A DNA stretch of 52,108 nucleotides from positions 1-52,108 of the forward strand of contig ADNK01001988.1 in assembly GCA_000320545.1 (NCBI GenBank). The letters run 5' to 3'. Position 1 is the first letter of the stretch. Every line of letters starts with the position of its first letter. Origin of the DNA: Bigelowiella natans CCMP2755 (taxonomy: Eukaryota > Protista > Cercozoa). The position numbers and the translations under genes were made by a program. Under the pieces are notes generated by a model, which saw only the letters and a program-made list of their open reading frames with translations, was not told the origin of the DNA and ran no database searches. Of this stretch, positions 32,168 through 45,154 are shown piece by piece.

Positions 32168-33859
32168 TCACCAGGAGAAACCGCTGGTGTCACCACCTCC
32201 AAAACCACTGCTGTTGCTGCTGCCAAAACCGCTGCCAAAGCCGCCGTCAAAACTGCTGCTGTTGCTGTTGTTGTTGCCAAAACCGCCGCCAAAACTGCCA
32301 CTGTTGTTGCTACTGCTGGCATTGTTGCCAAAACTGTTGAAATTGGGATTGCCAAAATCACCAAAATTGTCAAAACTACCGAATCCAAATCCGCTGCTGT
32401 TGCTGTTGCCATCGTTGCCAAAACCTCCCCCAAAACTGCTGCTGTTGCTGTTGCTGCTGCCAAACCCGCCGCCAAAGCTGCTTCTGTTGTTGCTACTGCT
32501 GTTGTTGTTGCCAAAACCACCGAACCCATTTCTGCTATGCCCAATTCCAAATGAATAAGGAAACAAAAATGACCATGAACAAAGATGGCGACAGGTAGAT
32601 GTGCCATTTTACCTGGAATAATCCTGTTGCTGCAAGTTCCCGGAACTTAAAGTTAAAGGATGTGTTCAATTTGTTGCACATGATGATTCTTAGACGAGTC
32701 AGCACTCAATCATCACTGAAAGAAAAACCAACCCACCTGCCCTGCAGCCTTAGAACCGGGATGGGTTTCAGTTTCTTAACCTTTGATATAGTGACATTTG
32801 AGTCATCAGCATTTCTTTATCATCATGAGAAGAGGGGATTGATTTTGAAAATCAGAAGTGATAAGTCCTATTCACCACCTCAAAAGGGTCCTTGGTGTCG
32901 CCACACTTCGCACGGTATTCCTTATACCTCTGGCGCAGTTCTTTTAATTTTTCGTGTAGCGATGAAACCTTCGCTGTCACATTGATCAGACCGTCATGAT
33001 GTCGCCGAAGGGTGTTATTTAGGGTGTCAGGATTGCTCATCCCTTGAGACTGCAACGAAGATTGCAAGAATTGCTCTAGCTCCTCAATATCTAAAGAGAC
33101 GCCTGACACATAATCATGCTGTATTGTTTACTGGGAAGCATTTTTTTTAAAAGGATGGCCGTACTTAGCATCGTCTCCCTAAATTGTTTCAGTTTTCGAG
33201 TGAAATAGGCCGAAGGCAAATGGAGTTTTTCCTGTGTCACAATAGTAAGAATGTCACTGTTTAGTTGACAGTTTTTGAGATTTGGTGGATGGTATGACTT
33301 CATAGGCGCTCTCAGCATTCTTCATTCGGTATTGAATATTTTTTGCAATATCCGTTGTACGAAGATCATCTCTCACTGCGCACTCCAACAGCACGTTAGT
33401 ACTCATTGTTTTTGCAACGGAACTTCCAAGAATCGCAACATCGCGGGACAATTCGCTTATGCTATTTTTGTAGTCCTGAATAGCAACGAAAATGAATAGA
33501 TATCTATATACTGCGAAGAATCAGATTGTAACTTCATTGATATATTGTTTAAACCTTATATTTGCTAGACTTTGAATCTTTGAAATGCTTTGATATTGCT
33601 TCACTAACTGCTTTCTGCTTTTGCAGAAGTGTCCTAATAGTTTTACAGAGAGATGCTATCAGTATATCTCCTTGTCATACTCTGTCACAACTTTTATTGA
33701 TCCTCACTCTAATTGGATCATATCCTTCTTGATTTTTTCAGAGTTTGGAATCGACTTGAACCGAGTAGATAATTCCACAAAAGACGAACTGGTGGAGAAG
33801 GCGTTTGAATTGTTGTAGCTGCCGAATCCAGTATCAAAACCTTTGAAAGGGTCGGCCAT
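32168..33859 (-). CDS. NUP58: Nucleoporin Nup58/Nup45 (Nup49)-like with C-terminal FG repeats
   Basis: Seven phase-consistent exons: MADPFKGFDTGFG..TRFKSIP..IQLE, LPSAYFTRKLKQF, IEELEQFL..HHDGLINVTAKVSSLHEKLKELRQRY..GDTKDPFE (Nup58 coiled-coil signature), and a final exon of FGGFG/SFGGGFG repeats. Confidence 0.85.
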
Positions 33860-34906
33860 GATTCTAAACTTTACTTTCCTCTTGCTTTGAAGCTTCTCAC
33901 TCGGAAGCTCCGCTACACAGTGAAATAAATTTGTTCGAGGTACAGCGCATTTGGAGGTTAAGATGAGTTCCATATATTTACATTGTACTGATCTACTATC
34001 ACTCAGGTCTCTCTGATATTCTTTTCATCATACTTTACCTTTCTATCACGGTATTAGAGAGACAGCTGTGACGGAAGGTGAGGGTAAACCAGAAAATGGT
34101 GCCCGGGTTAAGGAGTTTGATGATCAGGTGCGGGAATGCTCTCACAAGGTTGGGTTTTGAAGAAAGCAGTTCTCTGAGATATGTCCGAGATGTGAGAGGA
34201 AACTCCAAAGAAAAACAGTAAAATTGGGCTGCATTTTACCAAAAAATGATGGTAGGGTATGGCTACTTAATAGTTTGTAACGGGGGGATTTAAAAATTGC
34301 GACAAAAACGAGTTGTTGTCGTATTTGTATCCTTCCCTTTGAGCTGAGGATGCTTTCAAGAGAGGGGGGGTCTCGCAGCCCAAATCACAGCGTGCAGTGA
34401 CAGATACTCCCGCTATTTTCAGATATTTCTACAATTCAGAGAGATCGGATGGTATGTTGCATTGCGACAACATCAGAGTCATGTCGCTCTGAATGGACAT
34501 CGGCGTTTACTTTTTATTCCGAAGCCCCACCCACTCGTCGAACAAGGAACGAAAGGTAGGCTAGTAGAGCGGGAACGATTCGCGGGTTGGGTGAGGAATA
34601 CGGGTTGAATGAGGAATATGAAAGGGCTTGATATGTATCAAACGTATGTATCGTGCTACGTGAATCTTGTTGTTATATTTTCATGATGTTTTTGTGCTTG
34701 GGGTGTTGCTGCACGAATTAGCGCATTCTTTTGCTTTAGCTGTGGAGCAAGTTTTATTTGACTTTGTCGTCCTTGAGTGCCTGTGTTGGGTGACTCTATG
34801 ATCATAGTCCCACTCAGAGTGGTTTACGAGCTCAATACCCCTTCTAGCATACAATCAGCTTGCATTGACGCATGTTGTACGCTCAGGCAAATAGCAGACT
34901 GGGAAA

Positions 34907-37842
34907 ATGTCGATCTACAAATTCTTGGGTGTGTTTTTCATTTTTGTTTTCACCATAGTTCTGAGAATCTGCTCTCATCGCGATACCATGACTGTCTGTT
35001 CTTCCATCGTAGACTCTGTGAGCGGCCAAGTCATCCTAAAGCTTGAGGTTTTATATATTTACTATTTGATAATTTGTGTGTGTGTGTGTGTGTGTAATGT
35101 GTTTGTCTGTGCTACTATGCGCGTGTTAGCAATATCTGTTTTCTTACCCCATTTCTCTCTCTTCCCCATAGGATGTAACCATATACAAAGTCGCCAACAT
35201 CGGATTCGTCGTATTCAACATGCTCGACAGGTGATGCCATCAGAGAAGCGGCGCGAGATTTCGTTTCGAAGATTAATGCTACGATATGAATCAAGAATCA
35301 GACACATCATATTTTACTTTTGCGTCAATATTAACAGGCCGGTGAACGTGATGAATTTGCGATTGATGCCCCAGTTCGATCGTATTTTCAAGGTAGGAGA
35401 TAAACGACGACGACAGCAGTGATGGAACAATTCGTATTAAGTAGAAGATGGAATATGCAGATACAATAAAATAGTTATAATGTTTATAGATGTATATTTA
35501 CGTGTGTGGATGTGCGAGAGAGAGGGGAGAGAGAAAGAGAGGGGGTTGTACAGAACCTAGTTTGTTACATGATACTACAACAACAACAACAACTACTACT
35601 ACTACTACCAAGAATAAAAATAATATGAATGAGTACTATAATAATGATGCCTTCATCATTTCACACAAGGTACTGGAGACGTGCGTGGCACAACGACAGT
35701 TCGGTGTGATAGTATTTGCAAGCGGAAAGAACGAGTCCTTCATCGCGGGAGCAGACATCGATATGCTGTGAGTGATACATTCCCTTAAGACACACAAAAT
35801 GCCATGAGGAAGCCCTTAAAGATCGGATAGTTAGAAATGAAAGGAAAGGCATTCAAGATACGTGTCCACTGCTACATTGTTAAGATGCATACATTTTATC
35901 GTTTCATAGATACCCTACAACTAAAGCGGCTGAGATTGAAGCTATGGCAGCGCAGGGTCAGGCAGGATTTAACAAAATCGGGTACGAATCAACAATAGAT
36001 AAAATGAAGAAACAGAACCGGGAAAATGCCGGTGAGGATGCGCAGAGTGATCGTCCCCTCACTCCTCCAAGCCTTCATTTCTTTATCAACAAGATCCCAA
36101 AATTTCATCTGCACACACGCACACAATCACACACACGAATGATAACACAGAAAAATTTTCTTTCCCTGTATTCTGTTAGGGAGCTTGGTATTCCAACCAT
36201 CGCTGCAATTAATGGAGCCGCTTTAGGGGCGGGGTGCGAGCTTGCTCTCGCCTGCACCTATCGTGTATGCGCCAACCATAAGAAGGTGTGTAAGTAAAGC
36301 CTGGTCGCAATTTAGGGGGCGGGAATCTACCCTTTTCTGGCCGTTGTTGTTGTATATGAAACAATAACGAATGCCACGGCATTGTTCTCCTATTCGTTGT
36401 AGGTTCAGATCGGCCTCCCCGAGGTGAAACTGGGACTACTCCCTGGCAGCGGCGGCACTTCCCGCCTCCCCCGGGTAGTAGGCTTGCAAGAAGCCCTCAA
36501 GATTATCCTCCCCGGCGGCGACGTCCGCGCCAAGAAGGCGCTCAAGATCGGCCTTGTGGACGCGGTCTTTCCGGCCGATGAATTCAAGAATCAGCATGCT
36601 TTCTGGCGGCACGTCATGAAGTTCGCCGAAGGGAAACTGTGGAAGTCTTCGCGCCGTGTGTATAAGTGCGTTGCGAGGAGGGGGGAGGGGGGGATACCCC
36701 GACACCAGGGGGGGGTACAAGGGGTAGGGGGGGTAGCGCATTGATGCGTCTGACGAGCTGTATATGTGAGGTTTTTGTTTTGGGCTCCGCCCTACATGTA
36801 TGCATGCATAGAATATGATATTGCGAACAGCACTATCACATCGAGATCATCTAGCGTCACTGTGACGCAACGCAAGAGTCTAAAGGCCAAAGAGACATAC
36901 CCCGTTGGCCACCACCACTCCCTCTCAGCAGTGCCTTTGAGTAATATCGGATTATGGTAAAATCAGGCCGAATAAGAGCTGGGGTGACTGGTTCTTGAAC
37001 TCCACCTACATTGGGAACTGGCTTGTGGGACGGGAAGCTGTGAAAGGACTGGACAAAATGGCCAAGGGTAGTAGTCGTAGTGGTAGCGATACTAGCCATC
37101 ATCACGACGATGAGGAGGAGGAGGAGGAGGAGTTATTATATTCGTTTATTTAGTCTGAGCTTAGCCGTAGCATTGCTATCTTCCGGCTCTGCCGCTGCTA
37201 GATTAGATTATATCTCCTCAATGAGTGATAGATTGAGAGACAAATGGTGGTAATGATAGCGTTGTCGCTGGTGATGATATACAACCCGTTGGTTCGCTTG
37301 CTTCCAGGGAAATACCCCGGCCCCTACTTCGCCCTAGATGCAGCATTGAATTCGGTTGGTGCCTCGCAGCCGGCTGCCGATCGGCTGGAGGCCAAGCATT
37401 TTGGGAAACTTGGAAATTCGTCCCAGAGCAAGGCGCTCATCTCCCTCTTCAAGATGATGGAGGGAGCGAAGAAGTTTGCCGGGAAGTGCGGGGGGGCGAC
37501 CGGGATTTCACCAAAGAAAATCGGCATCGTCGGTGCGGGTGTAATGGGCTCGCAGATCGCAGTGCTGTGCGCCAAAAAGGGACTCAAAGTGTACATGCGC
37601 GACATCAAGCAGGAGGTAGTAGCCAAGGGACTCGCGCTGGTGAAGGCGACATTTGACCGCCGCGTTGCGAAGGGAAGAATGGCACGCGAGAAGGCCGATG
37701 CTAGGATCGCTTTGGTGTGGTTATGAATTGCTTGACTTGTCTATCTTCCGTGTTTTTATTGAACGACTCAGACTTTGCACAATACGTACACTATTTAACC
37801 GTGATGTCGGATTTGACACACACACACACACACACACACACG

Positions 37843-37879
<37 letters not shown>

Positions 37880-38156
37880 CCCATTATGCTGCTTGGAGCT
37901 CATCATACAACTGCAATAACAGGTGAAAGGCGGGACAGAAGTGTCAGGATTCAGCGACTGTGACCTCGTGATCGAGGCTGCTGTGGAGTTGATGTCTTTG
38001 AAGAAAAAGATCTTCCTGGAGCTCGAAAAGACTGTCAGGCCTGATTGCGTCATTGCGACGAATACGAGCTCTCTCTCCATCACCGAGCTGGCCTCTGTGC
38101 TCGACAATCCTGAGCGATGCGTTGGTATATATTGATATGTGTATATTATATACAAA

Positions 38157-38204
<48 letters not shown>

Positions 38205-39560
38205 GTACACGAATATGCGCGTATTCATCAATCTCCCTATCCCTCTCCCTGCCTCTTTCTTCCCTGATCGATGTACCCAATTTCCAGGAATCCATTTTTT
38301 CAACCCCGTCGGCAAAATGCCGTTAGTGGAGGTGATCAAGGGGGGGGAGAAGACCTCTGGTGACTCAATTGCCACTGGCTACCGTTTCGCACTACAGCTG
38401 GGAAAGATCCCTGTGATTTGCAATGACTGTCCTGGGTTCGTTGTGAATCGTATACTAGGTGAGTTCAATGCTCTGCTCCAGCGCCTCCCCCCCCCCCCCC
38501 CCTTCCCCCCCCTCTTGGTGTTGTTCTTCTTCAATGCGTTTACACTCTTCAGGGATCTACATGGGGGAGGCAGTAAAGTTGGCGATCGAGGGCTGCCAGC
38601 TTCCCTACGTGGACGACGCGCTGCTCGACTTCGGCATGCCGATGGGTCCGTTCCGCCTCATGGATGAGGTGGGGCTCGATGTCGCAGCTCACGTAGCGCC
38701 TGTGCTAGAAGAGGGGCTAGGAGAGCGCTACGCCTCCGATCCAAGGTATTGCCATCACCATCATCGCCACGAATAGCCATGCAATGCAATGCAATGATGA
38801 TAAGAAGCCGATGCGGGTGAGTACTCACAAGCCTGATGTTCGTTCCAGGTACCTGGAGCTGGTAAAGGCCAACCCACAGTGGTTAGGCAAGAAAACCGCC
38901 GCCGGTTTCTACCTCTACGACAAGGGGGGGAAGGGCATTCAGGGCGGGCTGAACCCCGGGTTCAAGAGGAAGCTTGATCGGCTCGTTAAGAAATCGCCTC
39001 GCCGGCTCTCAAAGTCGATGATTGCCGATCGGTGCGTGTTCGTGATGCTAAATGAGGCGTGCATGGTGTTAGAAGAAGGCATGATCGACCAGCCTGAAGA
39101 CTTGGATCTAGCGATGGTGATGGGCACTGGCTTTGCGCCCTTTAGCGCAGGACCGCTCAGGTGATAAGTTGCGGGGACAGAGGGAGGGGCGGGTGGGAGG
39201 GGGTGAGTATGCGCGCATGTATTTCTAGAGTAGCTGCTGAATATGGCGCAGCTTGCTTGCCTTACATCTCATTCACATGCCATTCATCCGCTACCCACGC
39301 CAAACGACTTTGAGCTCGTCGCTTGCCCGAGCTGACGCCTCTCTCTACTTGCCTCTCGTTGTAGCTATGCTGATTTCCGTGGAATCGATCAATGTGTCGC
39401 CCGAATGAGGGAGCTTGCGAAGAAGTTCGGAAAGAGATTCGAGCCGCACCAGATGCTAGTGAAAATGGCCAATGAGGGAACACGTTTCTTCCCTGACCGA
39501 CCAAATCCCAAGCAAGTGAGGCAAATTCCAGCCTCAGAATGCCCGCGATCGAAGCTCTAG
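34907..39560 (+). CDS. Multifunctional beta-oxidation enzyme (enoyl-CoA hydratase / 3-hydroxyacyl-CoA dehydrogenase), FadJ/TFE-alpha type, with peroxisomal PTS1
   Basis: [110 protein letters not shown]. Last exon ends ..ECPRSKL* (TAG 39558-39560). Confidence 0.95.
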
Positions 39561-40249
39561 ATGTGCCATGATTTATCTGCACCATGCAGAAGTCGTGCTA
39601 TAATATGTAATGTCTTTATAGAAAAACCATTGGCGCTGCTATTATGCACATTTTGTAGAAGTGGAACATGTATGCCCTCCTTGTAGTAATGATTAAGTGA
39701 AATGTGCACACAATCATGTCACCTGGCATCGAATTCAGGAAAAATTGTGTATGTGTGCATGTACATTGCTACATGCTTGGCGTCACTAGTCTCTATGCTA
39801 GCATATAGTCCGCGAGCGTCTAGCTCAGGCGATGCATTTGGATGCTGCTAATATGATGTTTGTGGAAAAAAATACTTCATACACGCACGTATGTGATTAA
39901 CCCCGCCGTCTAAAACTGCACTAGTTGATTTAAAATAATGGCTATGCATGTAAAGGCGGGTCGTCACATCGCTGATCAGGTCAACATGCACACCTTGAGC
40001 TAGTAGCTGCGAGCGCGCGCATCTACGCTACAGCTGTGGAGCGATGATGACACATGTTTGCTGTCAGTGTGAATGAAAAACACAATAAATACATTGCATA
40101 GCTACATAAGGATGACCATTGAACAAATTTAATTGATTAATTACATCCGTCTTACATGCTCCTGGCTAGCTGGTGGCGTGCACTTGCCTTAGTGGATAGG
40201 GCGATCACAACCCAGCAAGAGCATTCTTTGCAAAAATGCAAATTTATAG

Positions 40250-41389
40250 TTAAGACAATTTCGATTGATACTCCCATCGCTTCAGCTCCAATGGAAAGAT
40301 GTTTGAGAACTCCGCGGCCGCGATGTTGGCAGCCAGTAGCTCAGGCACTGACCACGAATCGATGAATTACAATGGAAAGTAGCGATGAGAGTGATGATGA
40401 TTATAGTGATGATCAAGGATGAATTCAATCAACAACATGGCACTAACTCGCATATTAATTGGGGGAGGATCGGTGACGAAACAACTTTGAATTCTGGCTA
40501 CGACACGGTAAAAGAGGGGCAGTTCTACTCTCATCGCACACATATAACGACTAATTTCTTACAATTAGCGAGCCAGCGCTGATTGTGCTCCGAACCCTCA
40601 TGGGCTTTCTGCGCCTCTTCATTCTATCAGGACCAGAGTATTGTTAGTAACATTACATTATTACTATTATCAAGTCTGTAGCTTTTTCTCTCTGCCACCC
40701 CCCTCCTTACATATCCTCAAAAACACTAAATAAGGAATTGCTGCGGAATGCGAATAAAAAGGTCTGACGCAGATAACAGAATGCAGCGGCAGCGGCTTCT
40801 CTCTCCCACGGCAAGAGATCCTCCACGCATTTAGCGTCAAAAGCAATGTGGTCAACGATGGTGAAACAACAGGGTGACCGACCTTGAACGCCTGGACGAT
40901 CATGAATTGCTCTAATTGTACAATATAAGAGGAAGAGAGGGAAGGGAGGAGCTAGCGTGAGGCAAGACATATATTTTTATTAGTTAATGAAGTAGGAGAC
41001 AGAGAACGCCATTCGATTGTGTTGCCTATACTTACGTGGGTCGTCATCGTGCTGTAACACATCGAATCTGAAAGGGAAAAGGAAGAGGAGGACAGAGTGG
41101 CAAGCGTTAATCCGAACAAGCCCTTCGACTACTGCATCTTCAATAAGCGAACTCACAAATGGATTTTGTAACGCAATAATGATACAGAAAGGCACACATC
41201 GCAGCAACATGCTGCCGACCAAGGATATACCTAGCAACACCGTCGCTCATGATACTGTTGCGAGCGTTCAATATTGTCAGTTCCAGGAACTCCTTCTCGG
41301 CGTTTTCATCGACCCGGATGGAAAGATGGCGACAGATCAACTGATGGTGCGCGCATTGCATATCACTTCATAATAGGGACGAAGTATGT

Positions 41390-41424
<35 letters not shown>

Positions 41425-42642
41425 GATTCTCTCATGCGCGACTTGCAAAAAATACCCTATTTGAGATAATTGTCAATGTTGTGTGCGTATTGCCGTTTTG
41501 TACTCCGAACGCCTTTCCCCCCCCCCCCCCCCTATTCCTCCTCATGCTGGCAACGGCGACCAATTTGACCTCTGTCTCATCATCGTCATCGTCCTCCGGG
41601 TACATCCAGTTGGACGCCTTTAGCGGAAATCTGGGCGTCATTCGCAACGTTTCAATACTACCGACGGTCTGAAACGAATGTACAGAAGAATCATCAAAAT
41701 TTGGGAAATTGTGAAATAATAATGGTAGTAATGATAATGATGATTATGATGATGATGAAGAAGAAGAAGAGGCTGCAGATTAGGCAACCTCACCTCATTG
41801 TCGAAGCGGACATTCAATTTCACAATTTCAATAGTGTCCACAGATATACAAATATACAAATATACAAATATATATATATATATATATATATACATCCTCT
41901 CCTCCCCGACTCTCTAGCATGTTATACATTATGTGTCCCTGTTTGTGTCTGTATTGGAATTCAACCTAATAGCGTATCTCTCATACATACAAATGCCTCC
42001 AATTATCGTGCAACGCCAGGCCGTTCGTGCGTATGTGATAATATTAAAAAAACATAATCAAACCAAGTCTTCGATCTTTTCCATCCATCTTGCATGTATC
42101 TCTGAGGATTCCTCCCGTTCGTACTGATTCGTAGATTGCTTCAGTGTATATTGTTGTTGTGTCATGATCTGTGCAGGCACCGGTCTATCTTACTTACAAC
42201 AGAAAGTGAAACTGGCGTTGAGTCAGCGGCACTCATGCACAATTCATCTTGCATAGGGAAAATGCTAGCATGAAAGCAGTAGCATATCAACACCAACGTC
42301 ATGATGACGCCTCAGATGTTACTACCGGTGAGCTGCGGTCTTTGAACACTTGCACCAGTATAAATTGCGCTGATGACGAAAATGATGTAGGTAGTAAGAA
42401 CAGAAGCAGAAGTGCAAAGAGCATCAGTGCGGAGGAAGATTAGCTTTAGTATCTCCTAAATGCACACATACAGACACACACACACACACACACACACACT
42501 CGCTGCAGTTTTCATGCGTATAGGTGCTTTGGTTTGAAAATCTGCTTACAGGGATTCGAATTGGACTGCAAGACATCGAATCGTGCCAAACCTGTATTCA
42601 GCATATACATATTTTCTGTATTGCACTGTGAGTATGTTTGTG

Positions 42643-42674
<32 letters not shown>

Positions 42675-43499
42675 TGTGTGTATTTGTGTGTTTGTGTCCA
42701 TTCGTGTCTGGGTTGTGATCACAGGGAGCTCATCTTTGCTACTACTTGGCTCATCATTGATACTGTCGACGGCATTTATGACAGAAGCCTGTAACATTGA
42801 TATGAAACAAAGAGCAACGACGTTATCGGTGATTGCATGTCTTTCTTAGAAGGAACGTCTGCACCCAACCTCTGCGAATGGCTCCTCGCTTCCTCTTTTC
42901 ACCACCGCAAAGGCATGTTTCACTATCGATCGATATACCGACCCACAAAATAGACGCACACCAAAACTCAGGGCCCTGTCTGTATGATGATACTGAAAAA
43001 CCAAAGATTACTGCCAGCGACGACCCATGAAATCATTCACGTCCAACGAAGGCTGCGACTTTGATCCATAGCTGCCCTCGGCAGCACTCACGGGGATTAG
43101 AGATCTACGCCTAGAGGCATAAGTGAAAAGTCGATAGAATCAGCAAGAGGTTCCGTGAGCATTGCGTCCAGCGTTAACCCTCCTACCTGTTCGGTTTGTT
43201 TGCTGAGGACGGTGCTCCTCCAAGGTAGCGCAACGCTCGACGAAGCCGTGATGACCTGATGGTATGCAGGCAGCTAGATGAAGAACCCGCATAAGCTTCC
43301 ACAACCTTGGAAAGCAAAAGCGAGGAAAAATCGAGAACCTTATCGCCGTAGCTGGAGCTGTGCTGAGCGTCTTTTGATTGCGAAGGGAAGGGTGAAGCCC
43401 TGCTCGAGTCCTGATAACGCGCCCAGCACCCACCCCCTTACCACCAAGGACGCACATGGCGACAGAGAACAAAACTAGGCTAGCAGGCACAGGAGGCAT
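40250..43499 (-). CDS. Tandem two-domain ABM (LsrG-like) protein with putative bipartite plastid presequence
   Basis: Domain 1: VKRGSEEPFAE|ASVINAVDSINDEP|SLARFDVLQSNSNP..RFPLKASNWMY. Domain 2: VDENAEKEFLELTILNARNSIMSDGVAR|FDVLQHDDDP..EEAQKAHEGSEHNQRW..FSNIFPLELKRWEY. N-terminus is hydrophobic then R/S/A-rich. Some internal exons are unresolved. Confidence 0.75.
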
Positions 43500-44057
43500 T
43501 CTGAGGGCAGCCTGTGCTGGCAGAGGTGATGCCTTGTTTCGCTGTTCAGTCTGTGGCTGATCTGCTTCGGCCGCCGCCGTCCTACTCGTCGTGATTTAGT
43601 CAATAATATCCCCAATAAATATCGTAGAATTCCATCTTAATACATTTTCACGAGAGGGTTTTTCGAGAGAATAAAGGCGATGTAAGTCGACTTGCTCTCT
43701 ACGAGATTTCTCCCTCCGAAAAAGTTCCGCTCCGATGTGAGCACAGCTTCGCTTTTTCGAAACTCGGCAGCCGATATTTAATTTTGGGGAAAAATTTTTG
43801 ACGGATTTTGCTCACTGATCTCTCGTCGAGGCTGCGACCAAGTACATAAAATACACTCACTAGTATGACTTACGACAAAAATTCTCTCTGTTTTTCGGCG
43901 CTGTTGCAGCAAGGAAGGTAGGCCGTTGCGCACACTGGTACAAATAACCCAAATTAAATCCAAAAAATCCAGGAGAACACACCCGAAGAACGACTTGGTG
44001 TGTTCCAATATATAATGCGTTTACGGAGTTCTATTCACAAGATACATGTCGCTCTAG

Positions 44058-45118
44058 ATGAATCGCCTTGAGAGTCGAGGAAAAGACATGTTTTTTAAAT
44101 CTGAACAGTATCGAAGAAAAGGAGCACCAGTTGTTCTTACATACCACGCCCACGAAATGGAGGCATTGACGGGCTTTTTCAGGGCTCGCCGCCGTAGAAG
44201 CCGTCTACGCGAAATCAGCATTCGAGATGAAACGCCCCCCGTTGAGCAGCGCCAGCAACAACTGAACCGAAACAAGTATTATGGTCTCGAAAGTAAAGAC
44301 AGCGAAACGACAAGGCTGGCAAGAAAGTAAGCTGTCATCATTCTCATTCACACTGTTTTGCCATTTCGAGCAATGTCAAAAGTATTTACTCTTTAAGAGA
44401 AAGAAAAAAATGAGATTAAATCGGGTAAAACGGTGTTACGGGGCTTTACCTCTTGATCACTCTCACATACCAAAGCTGCTATTCTTTCCTCCCTTTCATA
44501 CCGTGTTGCCTTCCTAAGGAGGATTTTTTCAATAAAAACTGGTACAAAGTAAACAAGAATAGCAACACGCGTAAAGCCATGTGTGCGGTTTTTACTTTTG
44601 ATTGCTATGCCATAATTATACTAGAGACAAAACAGAATGTTCTCCAAGAGAATATTCGGGGTATATGGCGCTTATTCTCACTTTCATGCTTCCCATTCGT
44701 CTCACCCCAACGATAACTCCCCATCCTCCCACATTCAAACTTCACCTAGTCATGGAGGACAAAAATGGGATCAGGAGATAGAGAATGTCAGGGTCGATCT
44801 CCAAAATAACTTAAGGTTTTTGCCACTCCTGCATAAGATCAAAGATATATCAAAAGACTAGGTGTACTCGTCACTTTCCTTCTTTTCTCTATTAGGCTAT
44901 TCGATGTGATCCTGACCTCTCGCCAAGACTCACTCCTCCGAAAGGAGACGCTTCTTGGTATGTTTGAAGCAAGTAACAATGCAAGAAAAGAGCGTGCTGT
45001 CTCTACTGAAAGGAAAGCCCTAAATAAATTGGCAGTTACCACCCCCTTAACCAGCGACAGTGTGCACGGGGGGGAAGAGTTGTCAGAGCCGATGCAAGAA
45101 ATGGCTGGTATAATTCAG

Positions 45119-45154
<36 letters not shown>

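Noticed and set aside
31930-32607. Overlapping long ORFs (31930+, 31937+, 32187+, 32062-) with Cys/Ala/Val/Leu/Pro repeats
   Set aside because: Alternative or antisense frames of the Nup58 FG exon, kept open by low complexity and lack of TpA (few TAA/TAG stops).
36670-36740. G-rich tracts (also ~2535-2572 and the C-rich tract ~166-186) as G-quadruplex elements
   Set aside because: Intronic and irregular, resembling low-quality homopolymer consensus; no support for function.
40250-40265. C-terminal SKLS* of the ABM protein as a PTS1
   Set aside because: SKL is not terminal.
40670-41361. Possible degenerate poly(A) polymerase/TUTase
   Set aside because: Splicing at GCT AG|GTATAT gives GVARFDVLQ, matching the other ABM repeat; the TUTase resemblance came from intron read-through.
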